DNA of 64,000 bases. Origin: an uncultured euryarchaeote (GTDB lineage: Archaea; Thermoplasmatota; Poseidoniia; Poseidoniales; Poseidoniaceae). Below are positions 50,609 to 64,000 of this stretch, one piece after another. Numbering within the stretch: position 1 is the stretch's first letter; each line of letters opens with the position of its first letter. Below the pieces are notes generated by a model. The model did not search any database. It saw only the letters and a list, made by a program, of their open reading frames with translations, and was not told where the DNA came from. The position numbers and the translations under genes are program-made. Location of the stretch: assembly GCA_937899865.1 (NCBI GenBank), contig CALBRH010000063.1, positions 64,001-128,000 of the forward strand, read 5' to 3'.

Positions 50609-50886
50609 GGATTGCCCAATTTGGATATCTTATTAATGCTCACGGCTAAAATAAGAGTAATCAAGGTTCAAAAAAACAGCATTGAAGGTCAAATTTAAGT
50701 CGCCAATTTAGCATTAATTTTCATCATTTTCCACTACCTTAAAGTACCCCCTTCTCCGATAGACAAAGGTAGGGGTTTTTACTGTTAAGTTCGTTGTACA
50801 GCGGCCAATTTTAATAACTATTCCGGGAACTAAACCAGCCTGAAAAATCAAACTAAAAATCAGTTTAAATCCAAGATCCGCGGTGA

Positions 50887-55594
<4,708 letters not shown>

Positions 55595-55663
55595 ATTAAT
55601 ATCGACGGATTCAAATTCAATAACACATGTGGTTGACCCAACCGAAGCGCTGTTGGTGGTAAA

Positions 55664-56920
55664 ATGGATACAAGCAAATTGATTTACGACTGGAACATTA
55701 TTGATTACGAAATAAATCGTAACCCTGCTAATCATCCACATGGTGTTTGGTTTGATGATGAGACCTTGAGAGATGGTTTGCAAAGTCCAAGTGCAAGAAA
55801 TCCAACAATCGATGAGAAAAAAGAATTATTGACTTACATGGAGAAATTGGGCATTCAAAAAGTCGATTTGGGATTACCAGGAGCAGGGCCTTTCCACCGA
55901 GAACATATTAATTCAATGCTTTCTCATATAATCGATAATGATTATCAAATAAGACCAGGTGCTGCTGTTAGAACATTAATGCATGACATAGAACCATTGG
56001 TCGAAATGCAAGAACAACATGGAATTCAAATACAAGCATCAGCATTCCTTGGAACCAGTCCAATACGTCAATATACTGAAGGTTGGACAATGGAAAAACT
56101 CATTTCAACAATGGAAAAGGCAGTATCTTATGCAGTTGAAAACGATGTTCCTGTAATGTTTGTTACTGAAGATACTACGAGATCAAATCCAGATGATGTT
56201 AGAGCAATATATCAAAGAGCAATGGAATTGGGTGTTAGAAGGCTGTGTGTATGTGACACATGCGGGCATGTAACGCCTAATGGTGTCAAGAAATTACTCA
56301 ATTTTGTTGATGAGGAAGTTATCAAAGATGGCGGATACAAGAGAAATGAAATCGAAGTTAATTGGCATGGTCATCAAGACCGTGGATTAGGCGTTGCAAA
56401 TAATATTGCAGCAGTTGAAGCAGGTGCGGATGTGATTCATGGAACAGCTTTAGGTGTTGGTGAGAGAGCAGGAAATGCTCCCCTTGACCAAACCCTGGTA
56501 AATCTAAAATTGATGGGCGTTATTGATAATGATTTGACATTGCTTGATGAATATATGAGGAAAGCAAACAAATACATTGAAGTCCCATTACCAAGAAATT
56601 ATCCAGTATTTGGCGAAGATGCTTTTGAGACAGGAACTGGAGTTCATGCTTCAGCAGTCATTAAGGCCATGAGAAAAGGTGATGATTGGCTTGCAGATAG
56701 AGTATATTCTGGAGTACCAGCAGGTGATTTCGGACTAAAGCAAGTAATTAGAATTGGTCACATGGCAGGTCGTTCAAATATAATTTGGTGGCTGGAACAA
56801 AATGGCTATGAAGTAACAGATGAATTAGTTGCACATCTGTTTGAAGTTGCCAAATCGCAAAGAAGAAACATGTTGGATAGCGAAGTAGAGTCTGCAGTTA
56901 ACCAATTTTTGAATCAATAA
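55664..56920 (+). CDS. LeuA/homocitrate/citramalate synthase family (DRE-TIM) enzyme without C-terminal regulatory domain
   Basis: DETLRDGLQ, EDTTR, CDTCG, HGHQDRG, GVGERAGN, GVHASA, GHMAGRSN. Confidence 0.85.
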   Translation: MDTSKLIYDWNIIDYEINRNPANHPHGVWFDDETLRDGLQSPSARNPTIDEKKELLTYMEKLGIQKVDLGLPGAGPFHREHINSMLSHIIDNDYQIRPGAAVRTLMHDIEPLVEMQEQHGIQIQASAFLGTSPIRQYTEGWTMEKLISTMEKAVSYAVENDVPVMFVTEDTTRSNPDDVRAIYQRAMELGVRRLCVCDTCGHVTPNGVKKLLNFVDEEVIKDGGYKRNEIEVNWHGHQDRGLGVANNIAAVEAGADVIHGTALGVGERAGNAPLDQTLVNLKLMGVIDNDLTLLDEYMRKANKYIEVPLPRNYPVFGEDAFETGTGVHASAVIKAMRKGDDWLADRVYSGVPAGDFGLKQVIRIGHMAGRSNIIWWLEQNGYEVTDELVAHLFEVAKSQRRNMLDSEVESAVNQFLNQ

Positions 56921-58234
56921 TTATTCAAATTCTTGGTAAGTATCGAGATTTTTTTGGTTTGAGATAGAATTGACCCATTCACTATCCACGCTACCTCCAC
57001 TCCATTCTCCATCTAATGCAACTTCACTAACATCAACTTCTTCTCTCCATGATGGCTTTTCATCAGAGCCACAAACAATGAACTGGCCACTAGAATTTAT
57101 TTGCTCTTCAAGTAATGAAATGTGTTTTGAAACAGGTAAGAAATGACCAACCGGCATACCAGAAGCAGTAAAAGGATTAGTTGCAGCACCAATCAGTAGG
57201 CCATCTTCAGGTGCAACAATATCTACTGTAAGCCCCGGTGTTGCAGGGTCGGAAATAGTGGCAATGACTTCACCTTCTCGCATAACTGAGCCAGCTGATA
57301 CGAACATATCCAATAATCCACCTTCACCTGCCCTTAACCATCTTGAGCCACTTGCTAACATCCTAAATCTAGGCCTATTTGGGATACCAGGTATCATTCT
57401 AAGCGACCTTAGAACATTTAATACACCATGAATAGCAACTTTGACGGTAGTATTGTCGATTAAATTCGCTCCTCCTCCCTCATATGTTATGGCAGGTATA
57501 TCCTGTTCATTTGCTGCTTTGCGGAGTGAGCCCGAAGGTGCTTTAGAATCTAGTAATATCTCTATACCAAATGCTTTAGCTAATATATTTGAGCCAGCAT
57601 GTGCTAAATCTACTCTTAATTGAGGCATATTTGATCTGCCTTTTGCCGCACTATGAAGGTCAATAATGGCATCACTGTCGCTAAGTAAGTATTTCCATAC
57701 TTGGGCTGCAACCCTTTTTGTTGTTGAACCTTTAAAATCTCCTGGGAAATTTCTATTCAAGTCTCTACCATCGGGAAAGTATCTAGATTTACCACGATAT
57801 CCAGGTAAATTTACTACAGGTACTATTCTTATTGTTCCAGCTAGTTGTTTAGGATCTAAACTCTTTCCAATATCAGTAAATGAATTTGATAGTAAGTGCG
57901 TACAAGCTGAAGCACCGGTTAATTCGTCACCATGTATTCCACCTAGAATTGTAATTGTAGGTCCTGGTCTAATGCCATGTAATACTGTTACAGGTATCGG
58001 CCAAGGGTCACCAAGGTCAACTTCAAGCAATGGTAACGAAATAGTTCTTATTGTGCCAGTTTTGATGGTTTTACGAAATAATTTGATATTTCCCCAATCA
58101 GCACTTCTATCCCATTCAGGGCGGTCTTCTGTTTTGTGTGCATTAAGCGCCTCTTGAATAGCAATTTTACGACGCTTTGGCAATTCATGGGCCAGCCTAA
58201 CTTTTTTCTTCTTGACCTTTTTTTTGCCGCCCAT
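56921..58234 (-). CDS. Succinylglutamate desuccinylase/aspartoacylase (AstE/AspA, M14-like) family protein
   Basis: GGIHGDE, RDLNRNFPG, IIDLHS, TYEGG, C-terminal biotinyl-like hairpin. Lys-rich N-terminus. Confidence 0.88.
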   Translation of the reverse strand: MGGKKKVKKKKVRLAHELPKRRKIAIQEALNAHKTEDRPEWDRSADWGNIKLFRKTIKTGTIRTISLPLLEVDLGDPWPIPVTVLHGIRPGPTITILGGIHGDELTGASACTHLLSNSFTDIGKSLDPKQLAGTIRIVPVVNLPGYRGKSRYFPDGRDLNRNFPGDFKGSTTKRVAAQVWKYLLSDSDAIIDLHSAAKGRSNMPQLRVDLAHAGSNILAKAFGIEILLDSKAPSGSLRKAANEQDIPAITYEGGGANLIDNTTVKVAIHGVLNVLRSLRMIPGIPNRPRFRMLASGSRWLRAGEGGLLDMFVSAGSVMREGEVIATISDPATPGLTVDIVAPEDGLLIGAATNPFTASGMPVGHFLPVSKHISLLEEQINSSGQFIVCGSDEKPSWREEVDVSEVALDGEWSGGSVDSEWVNSISNQKNLDTYQEFE

Positions 58235-58323
58235 GAACTCGGGAAAGGCTCCTTATCAATGAATGATGCGATTGATGTAATATTAATCGCAAGTAACAAA
58301 GACAGCCGAATAATAGACGTATT

Positions 58324-58791
58324 ATGGCAGAAAGATGCGTTCAACATGAATACGCTCCAAACTCAATTTGTTTTGGATGTGGCCCAGCAAATCTCGATGG
58401 CTTGAGAATTGAAAGTCACAGAATAGACAACGGCTTAGTACTAGAATATCTCCCGAACGATTCTCATCAAGCATTTCCAGGAATGATTAATGGAGGGATA
58501 ATAGGGACCTTGTTAGATTGTCACGGAAATTGGACAGCAGCTATTGGATTGATGGACAAAAATAACCTTGAAGAGCCACCTTGCACTGTAACAGCATCTT
58601 ATTCAGTTAGTTTGAGAAGACCTACTCCTTTAGGTGAGAAACTAATCATAACAAGTCAAATTGAAGAGATTGATGGTGATAAAGTAAAAGTTGACTTATT
58701 ATTGGAAGCAAATGGAAAGGTTTGTGCAAGTGGCAAAGGGCTATTTGTCGCCGTTAAAGAAGGACATCCGGCTTATCATAGGTGGAATTGA
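58324..58791 (+). CDS. PaaI/hotdog-fold thioesterase
   Basis: CFGCG...NLDGL, GMINGGIIGTLLD, VTASYSVSLRRPTP. Confidence 0.88.
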   Translation: MAERCVQHEYAPNSICFGCGPANLDGLRIESHRIDNGLVLEYLPNDSHQAFPGMINGGIIGTLLDCHGNWTAAIGLMDKNNLEEPPCTVTASYSVSLRRPTPLGEKLIITSQIEEIDGDKVKVDLLLEANGKVCASGKGLFVAVKEGHPAYHRWN

Positions 58792-58795
58792 ATAA

Positions 58796-59329
58796 ATGGT
58801 CAAACCGAATAATTCTCAAAAAGAACAACTCGACGATTTGAGGAAATTAGTAATTGAAATAATGCAAGATATGGACGTATGGAAGGATCATGAACTGGAT
58901 GCGTTGTACAATATCAAACTTGGAGTTCTAAGAAAAAACGCAACACAAAGACATGGAGTTACAAAGTGGCAAAAAGGAGTATCAGAAAGCGAGTTAAGCT
59001 TTGAAACTCTAGACTCAATTGAACTTCATCCTGAATTATTAAATCAACAATGGAATGCTTATGCAGCATTTGTCTTACATCATGAATTTATTCATGCATT
59101 AGGATTTAGGCATCATAATTCATTATTTAGAAAACTGGAATATTCTTGGCCAGGCGTCAATGCTGGAGAAATAGGACCAAAATTTACTGAATTCTTGCGT
59201 AGAAAAACTGCAAATTGGCTGTGGGTTTGTAAAGATTGTAATTCGGAATTCCCTCGTAAAAAGCCTAGTAATGGCAAATATAAGTGTAGAAAATGTATGA
59301 CTATTCTAGTTGATGTCAAATTAAATTGA
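58796..59329 (+). CDS. SprT-like zinc metalloprotease with C-terminal Zn ribbon
   Basis: HHEFIH, HNSLFRKL, WVCKDC...YKCRKC. Confidence 0.8.
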   Translation: MVKPNNSQKEQLDDLRKLVIEIMQDMDVWKDHELDALYNIKLGVLRKNATQRHGVTKWQKGVSESELSFETLDSIELHPELLNQQWNAYAAFVLHHEFIHALGFRHHNSLFRKLEYSWPGVNAGEIGPKFTEFLRRKTANWLWVCKDCNSEFPRKKPSNGKYKCRKCMTILVDVKLN

Positions 59330-59331
59330 GA

Positions 59332-59955
59332 CTACTTTTTGGATTTACTTTTTTTAGCCTTTTTCTCTGCAGTTTCAATTGCATCATCTGCATCCATATC
59401 TGCTTCTTTAGCAGCCTTGGTAATCATTGACTTTTCTTCTTCAGTGATTTCTCCATCTTTAGCAGCCGACTTCATAGCAGCCTCAACATTCATTACAGCA
59501 GCTTCTTCATCAGATATTCCAAGTGCAGTTTGGAATGATTTGAGTTCATTCAATTCTTCTTCGGTAATAACACCATCTGACCAAGCGGAATCATATGCTT
59601 CTAGTAGAAAGTCTCTATATGCTCCTGGATTGAGTAAAACATCCCTAATCAGTCCATGATTTGGTCCAGATTCAATGGAATCTGACATCTCTAATATTGC
59701 TATTGATCTCCTTACTTCTTTAACTGCCATGTCCTTAAGGCCGTGTCCAGCCCAAACTGCACCAGCAGCAACAACTGCTGCAGCAAACCATCTCATGATG
59801 TTTTCATCTACTAGGTCACCTGGTTCAATCAAGTGGAAAATTCCCAGTACTGCCATAGCAGCACCACACATGACCTCAACCCAATCGTTTAGGTCTGGTT
59901 CATCATCAAAAACAGACAGTCTTTCCTCGACTATGGAATCCATGTCGTCGCTCAT
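59332..59955 (-). CDS. Two-TM membrane protein with duplicated TerB-like (xDGxIxxxE) helical region
   Basis: AWSDGVITEEE and AAKDGEITEEE. Start refined to ATG 59955. Confidence 0.6.
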   Translation of the reverse strand: MSDDMDSIVEERLSVFDDEPDLNDWVEVMCGAAMAVLGIFHLIEPGDLVDENIMRWFAAAVVAAGAVWAGHGLKDMAVKEVRRSIAILEMSDSIESGPNHGLIRDVLLNPGAYRDFLLEAYDSAWSDGVITEEELNELKSFQTALGISDEEAAVMNVEAAMKSAAKDGEITEEEKSMITKAAKEADMDADDAIETAEKKAKKSKSKK

Positions 59956-60046
59956 GTTGGTAATGCAGTAATCGAAAGGTCTTATTGATGTCGGAGTCAA
60001 ATTATCAAGCGTTGTCCTTTTGGACTATTGGCAACACACCCGTTAC

Positions 60047-62635
60047 ATGGCAGACAAAACAATGTCAATCATTGACTTAGATCTGCCAGACAAAGCCCGT
60101 CAATTTTTTGTTGCAGAATGGGGTATAGAGAAACTTCACCCACCTCAAGAAGAGTCAATGAAACCAATCTTTTCGAACAGTAATGCATTAATTGCGATTC
60201 CTACCGCAAGTGGGAAATCATTAATTGCCTATATTGCTATTTTACGAAAATTATTGCTTGATGATGTTGGTTCTAAGGCTGTATACATTGTCCCACTAAA
60301 GGCACTTGCTAGCGAAAAATATGAAGAATTATCACAATTAGGTAAAGCCCTTGACTTAACAATCGGGCTCGGAATTGGCGATTCAACTTCAGAGGCAAAA
60401 AAAATTGATGAATGTGATATTTTAGTTTGTACTTCTGAGAAATTAGATTCAATAATTAGAAACCGCTCTGAAACAATGTCAAGAGTTTCAATAATTGTAG
60501 CCGATGAATTTCATTTGATGAATGACTCAAATAGAGGTCCAACTTTGGAAATAAACCTCACTAAATTGAGATATCTAAAACCTTCAGCTCAAATTATTGC
60601 ATTATCTGCAACAGTAGGGAATTGTGAAGATTTAGCAGCATGGCTAAATGCAGAATTGATTATGTCTAATTGGCGACCTGTTGCTCTTGAGTATAGCACT
60701 TTTCATGATTTACATTTGGAACCAAGAATGGTTCAATCATCTGCATTATCTACTCAGCCAAGTGAATTAAAACCTCCTCGAGATTTATTGGGTCCGAAAT
60801 CACATCCAACATGGGTGGCATTAAGTGATTCAATAGATGAAGAAGGTCAATTATTGATTTTTGTTGGAACTAGAAAAAGTGCGGAATCAGAAGCATTAAA
60901 ATTATCCAAAAGAGTTAGCAAAAAACTATCCAAAACCAATCCAGAAAAACTGGTTGATTTAGAAGCATTGGCCTCTTCTATAGAGGGCAAACGCCAATCT
61001 GCAATGGCCGATAAATTAGTTGAATGTCTAAAAGGAGGTACAGCATTTCATCATGCAGGTTTAACGCATGCTCAAAGAAAAGCAATTGAACGTGCATTCA
61101 AGGATGGCAAAATATCTTGTTTAACAGCGACTCCTACATTGGCAGCTGGTGTAAATTTACCAGCAAGGAGGGTATTGGTTAGAGATATCAAAAGATGGGA
61201 TGATGGTATGAGCAGGCCTTTACCAGTCATGGAAGTTAGACAAATGTTAGGTCGAGCAGGCCGCCCTAATTATGACGATTATGGTGAAGCATGGGTATTG
61301 TGTAAAGGTACAGATGGCTGGGAAATAGCCGATATGGTAAGCGAGAAGTATTTTTTCGGAGAGGTAGAGCCCATAATATCAAAATTATCTGGAGAGCCTG
61401 CACTTAGGACTCATATTTTGTCGATAATTTCTACAGGAGGAATTCAACATAGGGGAGAAATTGGTGATTTTCTTGGATCTACATTTTTAGGTTATTCAAC
61501 TCCAAAAGTGATTTTAAATGAAAAAATAGATCAAACAATAAATTGGTTAATTCAAGAACGCTTCATTCGTAAACTAGGTCTTGATGAAGAATATATTGCC
61601 AAGCGAGCAGATGCAATTGTTGACGATTCAGAGGACTGGGATGACACTATTCCTTTGTGGGCTTCAGCAGCAAAAAATATTCCAGGTGTTGAGTTTTATG
61701 AAAAATCACCAAAAGATTTGCCAATTAGGAAATCCGCTCATATGAAGCCAGAATTTGGATTTAGTTTGGCATCTAATCTTAGTAATTCAGGTGCTTGGCA
61801 TCAAGAAGATAATTCAAATGCAGATGGAATGAAATATGAAGCAACTGCTATGGGAGAAAGAATCACTCAGTTGTATTTAGATCCTCTATCAGCATCAGTA
61901 ATTAGAACTGGATTGAGAAGAGCAGTTCGAAGAATGGTCAAGGAAATAGGTCCAGTGACAAATTTTGGATTATTGCATCTAGCTACTTCAACACCAGATT
62001 TTATGTCATTGTGGGCAAAAAACTCAGACATGGATGTTAATTCAAAATTGTGGCTAAAAACAAATTCTGTTGAGGATGAGTTATTGTCAGATTCAAATTA
62101 TGATGAGATGCTACTTTCAAATGTAAAATCAGCATGGATGATTGAAATGTGGACTTTGGAAGATAACATACGTTCTATAGAGAAAGAATTAGATGTAAAT
62201 CCAGGAGATATAAATTATCGTGTTGACATAATGGAATGGCTACTACATGCTTCTAGAGAAATAATTTTGACCGATGATGTTTTTTCAGATGAACAAATGG
62301 TAGAGATTGCAGAGATAGTTAAGTTGCTAGATGTCCTTCGATTAAGGGTTAGACATGGATGTAAGGAAGATCTTCTATCTTTGGTAAATATTCCTAATGT
62401 TGGTAGAATGAGAGCAAGGGAGTTATCCAAAATGGGAATTAGGACACCAAATGATGTCGCAAATATGACTAGAAAACAGGTTTCAGAAGTTTTGAATATG
62501 AGAGGATGGGGCCCCCAATTGCTAGATAAAATAATTCTTGAAGTAGGTAAAGTATTAACAAAATCGCCAAACAAATCACCTAAATTGCGGCAGGATGACA
62601 TACCTCTAGATGATGAAAATAAGGCGGATTATTGA
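60047..62635 (+). CDS. hel308: Ski2-like DNA helicase Hel308/Hjm
   Basis: PTASGKS, PLKALASEK, DEFH, LSATVGN, FHHAGL, TPTLAAGVNLPARRV, QMLGRAGRP, C-terminal HhH. Start refined to ATG 60047. Confidence 0.93.
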   Translation: MADKTMSIIDLDLPDKARQFFVAEWGIEKLHPPQEESMKPIFSNSNALIAIPTASGKSLIAYIAILRKLLLDDVGSKAVYIVPLKALASEKYEELSQLGKALDLTIGLGIGDSTSEAKKIDECDILVCTSEKLDSIIRNRSETMSRVSIIVADEFHLMNDSNRGPTLEINLTKLRYLKPSAQIIALSATVGNCEDLAAWLNAELIMSNWRPVALEYSTFHDLHLEPRMVQSSALSTQPSELKPPRDLLGPKSHPTWVALSDSIDEEGQLLIFVGTRKSAESEALKLSKRVSKKLSKTNPEKLVDLEALASSIEGKRQSAMADKLVECLKGGTAFHHAGLTHAQRKAIERAFKDGKISCLTATPTLAAGVNLPARRVLVRDIKRWDDGMSRPLPVMEVRQMLGRAGRPNYDDYGEAWVLCKGTDGWEIADMVSEKYFFGEVEPIISKLSGEPALRTHILSIISTGGIQHRGEIGDFLGSTFLGYSTPKVILNEKIDQTINWLIQERFIRKLGLDEEYIAKRADAIVDDSEDWDDTIPLWASAAKNIPGVEFYEKSPKDLPIRKSAHMKPEFGFSLASNLSNSGAWHQEDNSNADGMKYEATAMGERITQLYLDPLSASVIRTGLRRAVRRMVKEIGPVTNFGLLHLATSTPDFMSLWAKNSDMDVNSKLWLKTNSVEDELLSDSNYDEMLLSNVKSAWMIEMWTLEDNIRSIEKELDVNPGDINYRVDIMEWLLHASREIILTDDVFSDEQMVEIAEIVKLLDVLRLRVRHGCKEDLLSLVNIPNVGRMRARELSKMGIRTPNDVANMTRKQVSEVLNMRGWGPQLLDKIILEVGKVLTKSPNKSPKLRQDDIPLDDENKADY

Positions 62636-62660
62636 AAAACTAATAATTTTAGCATGAATC

Positions 62661-63197
62661 ATGGAGATGCCAAAGTTCCCTTGCTTCAAGGTAGATATCT
62701 CTAATTGTAAAGATGATTTAATCAATCAATTTTTAGAAAAACGGCCTAGTCAAAACTGGTTATTGTTGGCAGAATATGCTGCTCAATCGGAGCAACAATT
62801 GTGGACTGCATGGTTATTATCACAACGTTCATTTATCAGAAATAGGGCTCTTGCTAGGTCTATTGATGCAGAATTTTTGCGTTATATGGCAGGAACTCAT
62901 CATGTATCTGAAGCCTTCAAAAAAGCTGGAATTTGTATGACACAAAAAATGGCTTGGATTGTTCACTTGCCTGATTACCAAATTGAAGAAGATCAAATTT
63001 ATCCTATCGTTGACTTAGAAAAATCTAGTCAAATGTTGAAAGGATTGGTAGATGTTTTAGGAATGTCACATACTGAAGGAGAGCCAGAAATTACGCTTGA
63101 AGGATTATTGAAATTAGGAATTGATGTGGAAACTATTGATGACAAAACAGAAGACATAATTATTGGATTTACTATTTCTTCTGACTTGAATTCTTAA
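62661..63197 (+). CDS. cgi121: KEOPS complex subunit Cgi121-like
   Basis: AQSEQQLWTAW...RSF...LARSIDAEFLRYMAGTHHVSEAFKKAG. Adjacent to hel308. Confidence 0.72.
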   Translation: MEMPKFPCFKVDISNCKDDLINQFLEKRPSQNWLLLAEYAAQSEQQLWTAWLLSQRSFIRNRALARSIDAEFLRYMAGTHHVSEAFKKAGICMTQKMAWIVHLPDYQIEEDQIYPIVDLEKSSQMLKGLVDVLGMSHTEGEPEITLEGLLKLGIDVETIDDKTEDIIIGFTISSDLNS

Positions 63198-63242
63198 TCA
63201 ATCTAAAGAAGTATTCAAACACTTCCAACGATTGGGATGTAT

Positions 63243-64000
63243 ATGGTGATTGCAAAGTCTCCCGATTCTGATATTACTGGTCGAAGTCATAGATACTTAG
63301 ATGTTGATAAAATAAACAAAAGTTTGGACAAAGTAACATCTAATGGTGCAAGTTATGCAGAAGTAAGATTAGTTGCTTATACCGACTATTCGGTTGCTAT
63401 GAGAGATGGAAAGTTAGAGCGGGCTATTCCAGGCCAAGAGATTGGTGCTACAATTAGAGTCCTTGCAGATGGTGCTTGGGGTGTTCATTCTACAACAGAT
63501 ATTGCTTCTCTTGAACAACAGATGAATCCCACATTAAAACTTGCACAATCTGTAGCTGCTAGGCGTTCACCAAAAGATCGACCAATAAAGTTGGCTGAAG
63601 TTCCTATCATCGAAGATAGTATTCATTGGACACCCAAAAAAGATGTAAGAAACACTGAATTGAGTGAAAGATTAGAACATATGAAATTACTAAATTCATC
63701 TGCGTCAGGACATGATAACATAGTTTCAGTAACCTGTGGCTGGCATGATGAAAATATCCATACTGAATTCTTAAGCAGCGAGGGAATGAATCGTACTTGG
63801 AGTTTTCAAAGATCATTGATTAATGGAATGGTAACTGCTAGGGATGGCTCTGAAGTAGTCTCATATCGTACAAGGTTTGGTGGTGAAGGTGGCTTAGAGT
63901 TAATTGAATCATGCGATATCAATGAGCTTGGCAATAATGCAAAAGTTTCCGCTCTAAGATTGCTTAAAGCAAAGCGTGCCCCATCAGGAAAGATGCCACT
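63243..64000 (+). CDS. tldD: TldD/PmbA family protein, 3'-truncated by window edge (absent from ORF track)
   Basis: Own translation from ATG 63243: MVIAKSPD...GASYAEVRL...MRDGKLE...GATIRVLADGAWG. Open to the end of the window. Confidence 0.88.
   Translation, partial: MVIAKSPDSDITGRSHRYLDVDKINKSLDKVTSNGASYAEVRLVAYTDYSVAMRDGKLERAIPGQEIGATIRVLADGAWGVHSTTDIASLEQQMNPTLKLAQSVAARRSPKDRPIKLAEVPIIEDSIHWTPKKDVRNTELSERLEHMKLLNSSASGHDNIVSVTCGWHDENIHTEFLSSEGMNRTWSFQRSLINGMVTARDGSEVVSYRTRFGGEGGLELIESCDINELGNNAKVSALRLLKAKRAPSGKMP

Overview
AT-rich archaeal chromosomal segment, most consistent with Marine Group II Euryarchaeota (Ca. Poseidoniales, Thermoplasmatota). This assignment is an inference from archaeal information genes (eIF2-gamma, rps6e, cdc6, dph2, hel308, cgi121) co-occurring with DNA gyrase, SMC-ScpAB, class II HMG-CoA reductase and large secreted PKD-containing peptidases. 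The window is densely coding, with about 52 genes. It holds the A-type ATP synthase operon (atpI-K-E-C-F-A-B-D, atpI truncated by the left edge), panE, nadB, smc-scpAB, a translation/replication cluster, several peptidases, aroD, gyrBA and hel308-cgi121, and ends in a tldD gene cut by the right edge. I saw no rRNA, tRNA, CRISPR array, transposase or intein. The most striking signal is canonical Ca2+-binding EF-hand loops grafted onto core cytoplasmic machines. One pair sits with a His-rich linker inside ATP synthase subunit I, and a single loop sits in the GyrA acidic tail. A stand-alone protein carries an EF-hand pair that aligns almost without gaps to the AtpI insert. Other oddities: an M50 pseudo-protease with a large ectodomain, a GcvH paralog lacking the lipoyl-lysine, a bacterial-type class II CCA enzyme, a membrane-anchored Smr domain, a Tmk-wHTH fusion, and a degenerate STAND-like regulator preceded by a helically phased motif array. 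All calls are from motif recognition by eye; no database searches were run.
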